A stretch of 64,000 nt of DNA. Origin: Candidatus Binatia bacterium. GTDB lineage: Bacteria; Desulfobacterota; Binatia; Bin18. The DNA lies in NCBI GenBank assembly GCA_963666315.2, contig CAXXHG010000021.1:1-64000 (forward strand), read 5' to 3'. The notes below the pieces were generated by a model. The model was given only the letters and a program-made list of their open reading frames with translations, had not been told where the DNA came from and searched no databases. The translations under genes and the position numbers were made by a program. This document shows, piece by piece, positions 51,635-61,961 of the stretch (positions within the stretch are counted from its first letter, which is position 1; each line of letters opens with the position of its first letter).

Positions 51635-52342
51635 CTATCCGAGCAGTTCGGGAAGATCAACCGCTGTGGAGAATAGGTCGCTCAGCGTAGCGCGATCCTG
51701 ATCTATATTTCCGCTCAACGAAAGATGCGGAATAATCCCCCGACACGGTACATCTGTCAGGCCAGCCAAGGTTGCGGCGTTGGTCTTAATCGCATCATCA
51801 GATGTTTCAGTTGGGTGGTTGAGGACATAGCCCGCCAGGGGCAAGCCTCGGGTTTGAATACAATGCAAGGTCAGCAGGGTGTGATTCAAAGCGCCTAGCT
51901 TTGAGCCTACGACAACAAGAACCGGAATGCCGAGGTCTTGCGCCAGGTCCGCGAATGAATAGCGACCCACGAGCGGGACGAGCAAGCCGCCTGCGCCTTC
52001 TACGATCGTTACGTCGTGTTGTACTGCGATGGTATGAAAAATCTCGACAATCCGGTCCGGCCGAATGGACACGCCAGCCTGCTCAGCCGCGACACTCGGA
52101 GCGACCGGCGGGGAAAAACGGTAGGGGCACAGGGTTTCAACCGGCAAAGCGCTCTGAGCACATCCAGCCAAGCGCATGGCATCGTCTGGATATAATGCGC
52201 CGTTTCGCATATCACAGCCCGTCTCTGCCGGCTTGAGTACGCCGACGCGTTTGCCTTGTGCGGTCCATGCCGCAGCAAGTCCACAACCCACCAGGGTCTT
52301 GCCGATGCCGGTGTCTGTTCCGGTTATGAAGAGGCCGCGCAT
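51635..52342 (-). CDS. bioD: Dethiobiotin synthase
   Basis: TGTDTGIGKT, KPAETG, EGAGG, LGALNH. Confidence 0.97.
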   Translation of the reverse strand: MRGLFITGTDTGIGKTLVGCGLAAAWTAQGKRVGVLKPAETGCDMRNGALYPDDAMRLAGCAQSALPVETLCPYRFSPPVAPSVAAEQAGVSIRPDRIVEIFHTIAVQHDVTIVEGAGGLLVPLVGRYSFADLAQDLGIPVLVVVGSKLGALNHTLLTLHCIQTRGLPLAGYVLNHPTETSDDAIKTNAATLAGLTDVPCRGIIPHLSLSGNIDQDRATLSDLFSTAVDLPELLG

Positions 52343-53694
52343 GTGACCGTCTGAATCGCGTCGTGAGTCACATCGAGCAAATGAGTCAACTCGTCTTGGG
52401 TGATGCTGAGCGGCGGCATGAGAATGATAATACCGCCTAGTGGGCGAATCAGCACGCCGTGTTTGCGTGCTGCTTGGATGACCTGAATGCCGATTTTTTC
52501 CGTGGGATCATACGCAATTTTCTTGTCAGGATCGCGCATGAGTTCGATCCCCACCATCATGCCCCACTGTCGAACGTCGGCGACGTGGGGCAGGGCGGAA
52601 ATATCTGTCCGCAGTCGTTCCGTTAGCAGCGCGACCTTGGGTTGCAGATTGGCGATGACGTGTTCCGTCTCAAAAATCTCCAGACTGGCAAGGGCGGCAG
52701 CGCAGGCAACTGGATTGCCCGTATAGGTATGGCCGTGAAAAAAGGTCTTGAAATCCTCATACGGAGCCAGAAAAGCGGAGAAGATGTCTTCTGTTGCCAG
52801 TGTGGCCGCAAGCGGCAGATAGCCGCCAGTAATCCCCTTCGCCACACAGAACAAGTCCGGACTAATCTCGGCGTATTCACAGGCGAACATTTTGCCGGTT
52901 CGACCGAAGCCGGTGGCGACCTCGTCACAGATCAACAAAATATTGTATTGCTTCGTAAGCTGTCGCAGCGTCCGAACGTATTCAACCGGATGGTCCCACA
53001 TGCCGGCTGCGCCTTGCATGAGCGGTTCGATAATCACGGCAGCAAGCTCGGCATGATGCTGCGCGAGTTTCTGCTCGGCTTCTTCTTGAGCCGCGGACAA
53101 GGCCTGCTCCGCTGACAGTCCCTGCACGAACCGAAACACATGCGGTGGAGTGAGTCGGACGGTATCGGCCAAGAGCGGACGATAAAAATGATGAAACAGT
53201 TCCGAGTAGCCCACACTCACTGCTCCCAGCGTATCGCCATGATACGCTTCCACTAACGAAGCGAATTTTGTCCGTTGGGTTTCACCGCGGAGTTGGCAGT
53301 ACTGGAAGGCCAGCTTGAGAGCGATTTCTGTGGCGGTTGCACCCGCGTCGGAATAGAACACGCGGGTGAGCCCATGCGGAGCAAGCTCAACCAACTTTTT
53401 CGCCAATAGTATGGATGGAATATTCGCCAGCCCGAGCAGGGTGGAATGGGCGATATCGTTGACTTGGTCTGTAATGGCTTTATTGATTGCGGGATGGGTG
53501 TGGCCGTGGACATTACACCACAGCGAAGAGACGCCATCCAGATAGCGCTTGCCGTGCACGTCTATCAGGTAATTGCCTTCTCCCTTGGCAATGACGATCG
53601 GCTCTTCGCTCAGCCAGTCCTGCATCTGAGTAAACGGATGCCACACGTGCGCATGATCCCAGGTTGTCAGGTCAGCATACGACGGCGTACTCAT
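52324..53694 (-). CDS. bioA: Adenosylmethionine-8-amino-7-oxononanoate aminotransferase
   Basis: WHPFTQ, YHGDT, DEVATGFGRTG, AKGITGGYLP, HGHTYTGN. Confidence 0.97.
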   Translation of the reverse strand: MSTPSYADLTTWDHAHVWHPFTQMQDWLSEEPIVIAKGEGNYLIDVHGKRYLDGVSSLWCNVHGHTHPAINKAITDQVNDIAHSTLLGLANIPSILLAKKLVELAPHGLTRVFYSDAGATATEIALKLAFQYCQLRGETQRTKFASLVEAYHGDTLGAVSVGYSELFHHFYRPLLADTVRLTPPHVFRFVQGLSAEQALSAAQEEAEQKLAQHHAELAAVIIEPLMQGAAGMWDHPVEYVRTLRQLTKQYNILLICDEVATGFGRTGKMFACEYAEISPDLFCVAKGITGGYLPLAATLATEDIFSAFLAPYEDFKTFFHGHTYTGNPVACAAALASLEIFETEHVIANLQPKVALLTERLRTDISALPHVADVRQWGMMVGIELMRDPDKKIAYDPTEKIGIQVIQAARKHGVLIRPLGGIIILMPPLSITQDELTHLLDVTHDAIQTVTCAASS

Positions 53695-54863
53695 CGAATT
53701 CCCACCTCCTTGCCAGCTGCGGCAAACGCATCCAGCGTGCGGGAGAGCTGGGCCTGAGTATGCGTGGCCATAGGCGTGGCTCGAATGCGCGATGTCCCTT
53801 CTGGAACTGTTGGCGGACGGATGCCGTGGGCAAAGACGCCGTGTTGCAGCATGGCCTGTGCCAACGCCATGGTCTGGCCTGCCTCGCCAATAATGACCGG
53901 CAGAATTTGCGAGCGTGTGTCTCCCAGCGTATAGCCCAGGGATAGCAATCCGTCAGATAAGAACTTTGTGTTATCCCACAATTGCTCTCTCCGCTCAGGT
54001 TCAGACTTGACAATGTCGAGGGCGGCAAGCGCCGAGGCCGCAACTGCAGGAGGAATACCCGTGGTATAAATAAAACTCCGGGCGCGATTAATTAGCCAAT
54101 CAATCAGCTCATGGCTACCGGCAATATACGCGCCAACGCAGCCTAACGCTTTGCCTAAGGTTCCCATCTGAATATCGATCTGTTGGGCGAGTCCGAGTTC
54201 TTCGACAATGCCAGCTCCGTGCGGACCAAACACGCCGGTCGCATGCGCTTCATCAACCATGACCCAGGCATCATACTGTTGAGCCAAGGCAACGATATCG
54301 GCCAAGGGTGCAATATCGCCGTCCATGCTGAACACGGTGTCTGTGACAATCAGACGTTGGCCCGACTGCGGGCAGGCTGTGAGGAGTTCCGCTAAGTGGG
54401 CAGTATCGCAATGATGGTAGACATTAGTGTTGGCACGGGACAGCCGACAGCCGTCAATAATGCTGGCATGGTTCAGTGCATCACTCAAGATGGTGTCCTC
54501 CGGACCCATCAACGCGGACAGCACGCCAATATTGGCATGATAGCCAGTCGGGAACACCAATGCGGCCTCTGTTTGTTTGAGGCTTGCAAGGCGTTGTTCG
54601 AGCCTATGGTGGACATCCATTGAACCGGAAATCAACCGAGATGCACCGCTCCCACAGCCGTAGCGTTCGATAGCCTCTTGGGCCGCTCGCTTGAGTGCCG
54701 GATGGTTGGCTAAACCCAGATAATTGTTAGAAGAAAAGAGGAGAACTTCTTGGCCATCGAGGACAACAGTCGTGTCTTGCGCACTTTCCACCGCACGCAA
54801 ACGGCGATAGAGACCGCTTTCTTTGACCTGGGCCAGACGTGCAGTAAGGATATTTTTCAGCAT
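53691..54863 (-). CDS. bioF: 8-amino-7-oxononanoate synthase
   Basis: SNNYLGL, NHASIIDG, FSMDGD, DEAH, TLGKA, RPPTVP. Confidence 0.96.
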   Translation of the reverse strand: MLKNILTARLAQVKESGLYRRLRAVESAQDTTVVLDGQEVLLFSSNNYLGLANHPALKRAAQEAIERYGCGSGASRLISGSMDVHHRLEQRLASLKQTEAALVFPTGYHANIGVLSALMGPEDTILSDALNHASIIDGCRLSRANTNVYHHCDTAHLAELLTACPQSGQRLIVTDTVFSMDGDIAPLADIVALAQQYDAWVMVDEAHATGVFGPHGAGIVEELGLAQQIDIQMGTLGKALGCVGAYIAGSHELIDWLINRARSFIYTTGIPPAVAASALAALDIVKSEPERREQLWDNTKFLSDGLLSLGYTLGDTRSQILPVIIGEAGQTMALAQAMLQHGVFAHGIRPPTVPEGTSRIRATPMATHTQAQLSRTLDAFAAAGKEVGIR

Positions 54864-54955
54864 GCGACCGCTTTATTCAGGCTGCTCATACTGCCGGAAA
54901 TCGCTCAGGCCGGCTACCCTTTTGAGAATAGCGCTGAAAAATGGTACGAGGAGCT

Positions 54956-55387
54956 ATGCTTTCGCCTGTAGAAAAACTAAATGCGGCCTTACGCGAAAAT
55001 CGACCCGAAGAGTATGTGCGGGATGCCCACCGAGAGATTGGCCTCAAGCCGGTGCAGTTTGGTCCTGGGACATCTGAATGGGAATGGGATGCTACAAATG
55101 AGCGAGTATTAAATTCGTTTGGTTATGTGGCCGGAGGGTATCTGAGCGTCTTTGCCGATGAGCTGCTGAGCAGCGCGATTGGGTCGGTGATGGACGAAGG
55201 AGAGTTTGCCACCACGGCCGAACTCAAAATCAGCTTCCTCAAGCCGGTCAAAAAGGGTCGAGTGACAGGGCAGGCCAAAGTCCTGCGCAAAGGCCAACGG
55301 GTCGCATTCGTAGAAGCCACGATAAAAAATGAGAAAGACGCAGTGGTGGCAACGGTTAGCAGTACGTGGACGGTAGTTGGAACATAA
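54956..55387 (+). CDS. PaaI family hotdog-fold thioesterase
   Basis: NSFGYVAGG..FADE, TAELKISFLKP. Confidence 0.85.
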   Translation: MLSPVEKLNAALRENRPEEYVRDAHREIGLKPVQFGPGTSEWEWDATNERVLNSFGYVAGGYLSVFADELLSSAIGSVMDEGEFATTAELKISFLKPVKKGRVTGQAKVLRKGQRVAFVEATIKNEKDAVVATVSSTWTVVGT

Positions 55388-55414
55388 AGTCTTTAAGCAA
55401 CAGGAGGAAGAACT

Positions 55415-55858
55415 ATGGGTATCGTCGAACGATTTGGAGCCTATGCTGAAGCTTTTGAGCAAGCCTATGCCAGCGATGACTGGTCCGTGCTTGAGCAATA
55501 TTTTACCGAGGATGCGGTGTATAACTTTATTGCTGCACCGCCGCTTGGCGGACGTCACGAAGGGCGGGCTACGATCTTACGTGACTTTCGGAGTGCGGTG
55601 AATGGCTTTGACCGTCGCTTTGCCTCGCGCCGCATCGAGCTGATCGAAGGGCCACTGGAAAAAGATGGCGACGTGTGGATGAAATGGGCTGCGATCTACA
55701 CGCTGGACGGCGCGCCTGAATGTCGAATGGAGGGAGAGGAGCGGGCGGTCTTTGAAGGCGACCGGATCAGTCTGTTGGAAGACAGCGTCACGGACGCCGA
55801 AGGCCAACGTCTCGGCGCGTACATGGAAGCGCACGGAGACAAGCTGAAACCGGTATAA
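55415..55858 (+). CDS. NTF2/SnoaL-like protein
   Basis: FTEDAVY, HEGRATI; AGGAGG RBS. Confidence 0.78.
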   Translation: MGIVERFGAYAEAFEQAYASDDWSVLEQYFTEDAVYNFIAAPPLGGRHEGRATILRDFRSAVNGFDRRFASRRIELIEGPLEKDGDVWMKWAAIYTLDGAPECRMEGEERAVFEGDRISLLEDSVTDAEGQRLGAYMEAHGDKLKPV

Positions 55859-55869
55859 GACTGAATTCA

Positions 55870-55990
55870 TGCCCACGGTATTAAGACGCGCGGCGAACTG
55901 GAGCAACTCGCCAACAACTATGCCGACATCATACTGCATGGACTGCTCCAAGATATCCAGAATATCCAGGACACGGAGGCTACGCCATGA
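55870..55990 (+). pseudogene. C-terminal stub of a probable TetR-like regulator
   Basis: ELEQLANNYADIILHGLL ending in an ATGA overlap with the next gene. Confidence 0.4.
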
Positions 55991-57585
55991 GCCGCATTGA
56001 GAGCCGGATGGACACGCACTCGGAATCTTTTGCTGCGAATCGCGAGCACTACGATGGATTGCTGAAAACGCTGCGCGAACGCATTGGCCATTCCATCTTG
56101 GGCGGACACGAAAGACTACGGACTCGCCATCATCAACGCGGAAAGATCCTGGTACGCGACAGGGTGGATCTTCTGGTCGACCCGGGCACCCCCTTTCTTG
56201 AATTGTCCCCGCTGGCAGCATGGAGCCAATATGGCAACGAGGTTCCCGGTGCGGGCATCGTGACCGGGATCGGCATCGTCTCAGGTACGCCCTGTGTCGT
56301 TATCGCCAATGATGCCACGGTGAAGGGCGGCTCTTTCTTTCACGAAACGGTGAAGAAACATATACGGGCACAGGAGATCGCCGAACAGAATCGCCTGGCC
56401 TGCATTTACCTTGTTGACTGTGGCGGGGCCTATCTGCCTGAACAGGACCGTGTCTTTCCCGATCGTGATCACTTTGGCAACACCTTCTACCGGCAGTGCA
56501 ATATGTCGGCGGCGGGGATACCCCAGATATCAGCCGTTTTCGGTGGCTGCACTGCGGGAGGCGCGTACATCCCAGCATTGTCGGATCAGGTTGTGATGGT
56601 CGACGGGAACGCGCGCATTCATCTCGGTGGCCCGTCCATAGTCAAAATCGCCATCAATGAGGACGCTGATGCGGAAACGCTCGGCGGCGCGAAGATGCAC
56701 ACGCGTGTTTCGGGGGTGTCGGATCATCTGGCACGTGACGAACCGCATGCCATTGCGCTGGTGCGTGACATTGTCGCCGAGCTGAATATGGGCAGGCGCT
56801 TGCAATGCGAAGCGTCTCCGTTGCCGCCCGCTTACAATGCGGAAGAGATTAGTGGCATCGTCAGCCACGATCGAAAAATATCCTACGATGTGCGCGAGAT
56901 CATTGCGCGCATCGTTGACGGGAGCGCTTTCCAGGAATTTAAACCCGAATGGGGTGAGACGCTGGTGTGCGGAACGGCGCAGATACACGGCCACCCGGTC
57001 GGCGTGCTTGGCAACAATGGTGCGCTGTTCTCGGAGTCGGCCTTGAAGGGCGCGCATTTCATAACCCTGTGTGATCAACGCACCATTCCGCTGCTGTTCT
57101 TGCACAATATCACCGGCTTCATGGTCGGGACGGAGGCCGAGCGACGCGGTATCGCCAAGGACAGTGCAAAAATGGTCTATGCGATGTCCATCGCTCGCGT
57201 GCCGAAGTTGTCCTTGATTGTTGGTGGTTCGTATGGTGCTGGTAACTATGGCATGTGCGGACGCGGTTTTCGGCCGCATTTTCTCTTCACCTGGCCGAGT
57301 GCGCAAATCGCCACTATGTCGGCTGACATCGCGTCCAACGTGATGCTCGAATTGAGACGTAGCAACCTCAAGGCCCCAGCGCCCGAGCCCGAAGAGTTGC
57401 GGGCAATCGAGCAGCAGGTGCGCGATCAATACGGCGAACAGAGCGATCCGTACTACGCAACCTCACGGCTCTGGGACGACGGCATCATAGAACCCGCCCA
57501 AACCCGCGACGTGCTCGGACTGTGCCTGGCGATTATTGCGTCGGTCCCAGATCGGGGGCCGTGGACGCCGGTCTATCGTATGTAG
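55987..57585 (+). CDS. Acyl-CoA carboxylase carboxyltransferase subunit (MCC/GCC beta family)
   Basis: ANDATVKGG, CTAGGAY, GSYGAGNYGMCG, RLWDDGII. Confidence 0.93.
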   Translation: MSRIESRMDTHSESFAANREHYDGLLKTLRERIGHSILGGHERLRTRHHQRGKILVRDRVDLLVDPGTPFLELSPLAAWSQYGNEVPGAGIVTGIGIVSGTPCVVIANDATVKGGSFFHETVKKHIRAQEIAEQNRLACIYLVDCGGAYLPEQDRVFPDRDHFGNTFYRQCNMSAAGIPQISAVFGGCTAGGAYIPALSDQVVMVDGNARIHLGGPSIVKIAINEDADAETLGGAKMHTRVSGVSDHLARDEPHAIALVRDIVAELNMGRRLQCEASPLPPAYNAEEISGIVSHDRKISYDVREIIARIVDGSAFQEFKPEWGETLVCGTAQIHGHPVGVLGNNGALFSESALKGAHFITLCDQRTIPLLFLHNITGFMVGTEAERRGIAKDSAKMVYAMSIARVPKLSLIVGGSYGAGNYGMCGRGFRPHFLFTWPSAQIATMSADIASNVMLELRRSNLKAPAPEPEELRAIEQQVRDQYGEQSDPYYATSRLWDDGIIEPAQTRDVLGLCLAIIASVPDRGPWTPVYRM

Positions 57586-57607
57586 TTCTCACGCGTATGT
57601 AGTTCTT

Positions 57608-59629
57608 ATGTTTGAACGAATTCTGATTGCCAACCGGGGTGAAATTGCCGTGCGTATCGTGCGTGCCTGTCGGCGCCTGGGTTTGCACTCCATTGCTGTC
57701 TTTTCGGATGCGGACCGCAGCGCGCCGCATGTGGCATGCGCCGACGAAGCCATCAACATCGGCAGCCCGGAGGCCAGCGCAAGCTATCTCAACGCGTCGA
57801 AGCTTATCGCGGTAGCACAAGAAACCGGGGCTGAGGCGGTACACCCTGGGTATGGGTTCCTGGCGGAAAACGCAGATTTCGCGCGGCTGTGCGGGGATGC
57901 CGGGCTCGTATTCGTGGGACCGTCTGCCACCAATATTGCGCGTATGGGATCTAAGATTGAAGCCAAACGTCTTGCGGCAGCGTCGGGGCTTGCGTGCGTA
58001 CCGGGCTATCACGGTGACGATCAGAGCGACAAGCGGCTCATGCACGAGGCGGAACGCATTGGCGCGCCACTGCTCATCAAGGCCAGCGCGGGTGGCGGCG
58101 GCCGCGGCATGCGCCGTGTCGATGACCTCGCAGGCCTGTACGACGCCTTGAAACTGGCGCGACTGGAAGCGGCCTCAGCGTTCGGCGATCCAACCGTTCT
58201 GCTGGAGAAATTCATTCCCGCGTCCCGGCACGTGGAAGTGCAGATCTTGGCCGACAAGCACGGTAAGGTGGTACACCTCTTCGAGCGGGACTGCTCGATT
58301 CAGCGCAACTACCAGAAGCTCATTGAGGAGGCTCCGGCCTCGAACCTGAGCGCCGCGGTCCGTGAGCGCTTGCTGAATGGCGCGGTGAAGCTTGCCGAGG
58401 CGATTGCATACGACAATGTGGGCACGGTGGAGTTCATGGTTGATGCCGCAACCGAGGAACCCTTTTTCCTCGAGATGAACACTCGGCTTCAGGTCGAACA
58501 TCCCGTTACCGAGATGGTCACGGGGATCGATCTGGTTGAGTGGCAACTCCGCGTAGCCGCGGGCGAACGTCTGCCTTTTGCCCAGGAAGATATTCGGTGT
58601 AAGGGCTACGCCATCGAGGCGCGGGTCGTGGCCGAAGATCCTGCTCAAGACTATCGCCCGCAAACCGGCCGGATCTCCCATTACGCGGAACCGCGTACGT
58701 CCGGTCTGCGCATCGACAGCGGCATCGGGCCGGGCAGCGAAGTCAGCCATTATTACGATTCGATGTTGGCCAAAGTCATTGCGCTAGGACCGGAACGAGA
58801 GAGCGCGATTCGCAACCTCAAGCGCGGCCTGGCTGATTTTCAGATCGGCGGCGTCGGCGTTAACACGACATTCCTGTGCGACGTTCTGGAGACCGAACAA
58901 TTCCAATCAGCCACCCATCAGACGAACACCCTGGACGTCCTTTTCCCGGACGGATGGAGGCCGCCCGAGATAACGTCTATGCAGATTGCACAGGCGGCGC
59001 TTGCGAAACACCTATACGGAGAACGGAGTACACGGATCGCGGCGAAAAGCCCCTGGTACGGTTTGGGCGCGTGGCGCATTTCAGAGCCTGCGGGCCGTTA
59101 CGGGTCTGCATCGTACTACCTCCGGCATAGCGGTGAAGAGATAGGCGTTGTGCGTGTATACGGGCGAACGGGGCGTTACCGTGTAGAATACGGCAAGGAA
59201 TCGATACTCTCAGTCGAACACGCGTACCTGGGTGATGGGGAGATGGTGTATGAGCAGGAGGGGCGCCGTCGTCGTACTGGCGTTTTCTTCCCTGGCCTCC
59301 AGGTCGTACTTCGGGCCGGGAGTGGCCTCACGACGGTAGACGTACTGACGGCGGAAGAAGTGCTGCTGGGCGAAAGCTGCGATGATGCGCAAAGGGGCAA
59401 CCTCGTCTGTTCCCCGATGCCGGGACTCATCACGGAAGTGCTGGTCACAATCGGGCAGGCGGTGTCGGTGGGTGATCCGGTCGTGACCATGGAAGCGATG
59501 AAACTGATGCACCAACTGTCTGCGCCCATGGCGGGAACGGTGCAGGCCATACACTACCAAGCGGGCGATACCGTAGGTGGTGCAGTGTGCATCGTTACGA
59601 TCGAACCACCCGAGGAACGGAATACGTAA
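57608..59629 (+). CDS. Acyl-CoA carboxylase biotin carboxylase/biotin carrier subunit (MCC/GCC alpha family)
   Basis: IANRGEIA, GGGGRGMR, EMNTRLQVEHPVTE, EAMKL. Confidence 0.95.
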   Translation: MFERILIANRGEIAVRIVRACRRLGLHSIAVFSDADRSAPHVACADEAINIGSPEASASYLNASKLIAVAQETGAEAVHPGYGFLAENADFARLCGDAGLVFVGPSATNIARMGSKIEAKRLAAASGLACVPGYHGDDQSDKRLMHEAERIGAPLLIKASAGGGGRGMRRVDDLAGLYDALKLARLEAASAFGDPTVLLEKFIPASRHVEVQILADKHGKVVHLFERDCSIQRNYQKLIEEAPASNLSAAVRERLLNGAVKLAEAIAYDNVGTVEFMVDAATEEPFFLEMNTRLQVEHPVTEMVTGIDLVEWQLRVAAGERLPFAQEDIRCKGYAIEARVVAEDPAQDYRPQTGRISHYAEPRTSGLRIDSGIGPGSEVSHYYDSMLAKVIALGPERESAIRNLKRGLADFQIGGVGVNTTFLCDVLETEQFQSATHQTNTLDVLFPDGWRPPEITSMQIAQAALAKHLYGERSTRIAAKSPWYGLGAWRISEPAGRYGSASYYLRHSGEEIGVVRVYGRTGRYRVEYGKESILSVEHAYLGDGEMVYEQEGRRRRTGVFFPGLQVVLRAGSGLTTVDVLTAEEVLLGESCDDAQRGNLVCSPMPGLITEVLVTIGQAVSVGDPVVTMEAMKLMHQLSAPMAGTVQAIHYQAGDTVGGAVCIVTIEPPEERNT

Positions 59630-59639
59630 GAGGTACGAA

Positions 59640-60788
59640 ATGAGCGACAGATCCATCTATTTCACCGAAGAGCACGAGTTGCTGCGTCTACAGATCCGCC
59701 GATTTATCGCCAACGAGGTGGCGCCCAATGGCGTGGGCTGGGAGCAGGAGGGCATGGTCCCTCGAAGTGTCCTGCGGCAGATGGGTGATTTGGGCCTGCT
59801 GGGAATTCGCTATCCGCAGAAATACGGCGGCTCTGAGCTAGACACCCTGGCAACGATCGTGCTGGCAGAGGAACTCGGGCGTTCCACATTCGGCGGTTTC
59901 GCAATCACCGTCCTGGTGCATACCGATATGGCGTCGCCCCATCTCGCTCATGCCGGGAACGAAGAGCAGATGCAAAGATATATGCCGAAAATCGTATCAG
60001 GCGACCTGATTACTGCGGTCGCCGTGACTGAAGCCGATGCGGGCTCGGATGTGGCGGGTATAAAAACCCACGCCAAGCGGGATGGCGATTTCTGGGTGCT
60101 CAATGGAACGAAAATGTATATCACCAATGGCGTCCATGCTGATCTCTATTTCGTCGCGGCCAAGACCGATCAGGAAGCGGTCGGTTCGCGCGAGATGACC
60201 ATTTTCGCTGTTGAATCAGAGGCAATGGGTTTCAGTATCGGGCGTACGCTCGACAAGATGGGATGGAGAAGCTCTGACACGGCTGAACTCATATTTGAAG
60301 ATTGCCGCGTCCCTGTCGGGAACGTCATCGGCGAGGTCAACAAGGGCTTCTACGCCCTTATGAAGAATTTTCAGAACGAGCGGCTGGTGCTCGGCGCACA
60401 GGCTATGGGGGAAGCGCAGAAAGCACTCGACCTCACGCTCGACTACGTGCGCGAGCGCAAGGCCTTCGGTGCGCCTCTGTGGGAGAAACAGACCATTCGA
60501 CAACGCCTTGCGCAACGGCAGGCCGAGGTTGCTGCGGCGCGGCAACTGCTCTACCACGCGGCTTGGCTCGACACGCAAGGAGTTGAGTGCGTGAAGGAGG
60601 TGTCGATGGTCAAAGCCCACTGCGGTGAGCTGGTCAACCGGGTGCTATACGACTGCCAGCAGTTTCACGGCGGTTTCGGCTATATGCGCGAAAGCGCGAT
60701 CGAACGCATGGCGCGCGACGCCCGCGTTCAGTCGATCGGCGGCGGCGCGACGGAAGTCATGCTTGAAGAAGTGGCCAAGCGTCTTTAG
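59640..60788 (+). CDS. Acyl-CoA dehydrogenase
   Basis: TEADAGSDVA, NGTKMYITNG, QFHGGFGY, IGGGATEVM. Confidence 0.95.
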   Translation: MSDRSIYFTEEHELLRLQIRRFIANEVAPNGVGWEQEGMVPRSVLRQMGDLGLLGIRYPQKYGGSELDTLATIVLAEELGRSTFGGFAITVLVHTDMASPHLAHAGNEEQMQRYMPKIVSGDLITAVAVTEADAGSDVAGIKTHAKRDGDFWVLNGTKMYITNGVHADLYFVAAKTDQEAVGSREMTIFAVESEAMGFSIGRTLDKMGWRSSDTAELIFEDCRVPVGNVIGEVNKGFYALMKNFQNERLVLGAQAMGEAQKALDLTLDYVRERKAFGAPLWEKQTIRQRLAQRQAEVAAARQLLYHAAWLDTQGVECVKEVSMVKAHCGELVNRVLYDCQQFHGGFGYMRESAIERMARDARVQSIGGGATEVMLEEVAKRL

Positions 60789-60795
60789 ACATCCC

Positions 60796-60961
60796 TTATT
60801 GAATGATCAGAACTAGTCGTGTTTTCCCTGGCTCATTACCGCGCTGCGGATGTAAGTTCGCGAGCCGAATTTTCCTTCGCTTAGGCATCTGGATCGTGTT
60901 CAATAGCTTCGAACTCTACGTTCACACGTATACTCTCTTGGCGAACCTTCTTGGAGGCATG
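60796..60961 (-). pseudogene. MazEF/PemIK-like toxin-antitoxin remnant
   Basis: MPKRRKIRLANLHPQRGNEPGKTRLVLIIQ* (60796-60888) preceded by an overlapping antitoxin-like C-terminus. Confidence 0.62.
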
Positions 60962-60962
60962 A

Positions 60963-61210
60963 GGTAATACCAAACGGTGTAGAAATAGCACCCGGTGGCA
61001 TATTCTTGTGGGGTGAAGAATCAGTGTCCCTGGAGTGAAGGAGGAGCTGCCATAACACGGCCACTCACATCGTTACAGTCACCGTGCCGACCATCCTGGG
61101 ACCACCTGGAAGAGTATGTCCGTGAGCATATTCAGCAGTTCATCCAAACTCTACTGGAAGAAGAAGTGACGGAGCTATTGGGGCGGCCCAAGTCGGCCCG
61201 GCGGAAGCAT
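60963..61210 (+). mobile_element. IS256-family 5' fragment
   Basis: LEEYVREHIQQFIQTLLEEEVTELLGRPKSARR. Confidence 0.65.
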
Positions 61211-61771
61211 ACCCCGGCGTCCGCCGCCGGCGCGCTGCCATCTCGAGCGCGGGTCCCCCAAGATATTGAGGAGCCGATGATTCCACCACCGACCGCCAGG
61301 TCCCCGGCCACTGGGAAGCCGCTCTGATGGTATTCGCCCACTACGGACCGGCCATCCTGACCATGCATGAACGCCACTCCCCGGTCCTCCTCGCGGCCCG
61401 ACCGCCCAGCAAGGCGGCTCAGCCCATGGCCCGGCTGATGGTCCAGCTCCTCAAACCCTTGCCCCAAGCTTGCGCCAAACCCTGACCTTCGATAATGGCA
61501 CCGAGTTCGTCCAGCACTACCAATTGCATCCCCTGGCCATTCAGACCTTCTTTTGCGACCCCCATAAGCCGTGGCAGAAGGGCGGCATTGAAAATGCCCT
61601 CGGTCGCATGCGGCGAACCATCCCGCGCAACACCGCCCTCGCCAGCCTGCGCACAAACCGCTTTAATGCCCTCATCCGTGCCTACAACAACACACCCCGA
61701 AAATGTCTTGCCTACCACACTCCTGCAGAGGTTCTTTTACAGCAACTGTTGCACTTCAAATGTGAATCCAC
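61211..61771 (+). mobile_element. IS30-family transposase 3' fragment
   Basis: GHWEA, LTFDNGTEF, FCDPHKPWQKGGIEN, NNTPRKCL. Confidence 0.88.
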
Positions 61772-61773
61772 GG

Positions 61774-61834
61774 TCCCGTTTCCACGGGCATGACAGTCTT
61801 TCTTGTGTCATACCTGCGCAAGCAGGCATCCAGG
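61774..61834. repeat. REP doublet copy 2, left end cut by IS30
   Basis: TCCCGTTTCCACGGGCATGAC...GTCATACCTGCGCAAGCAGGCATCCAGG. Confidence 0.8.
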
Positions 61835-61961
61835 CATATGGGACAAGACGGAGTTTTGTGAGTGGCTTTAAGCAGGCGGAGCGGGTGCCCTAGCAGCGGC
61901 GTCGTCGTCCCTCGGCTGCAAAGGTGGTAGGCTGCGAGCATGCGAAGGGAGAGCTGAGTTT

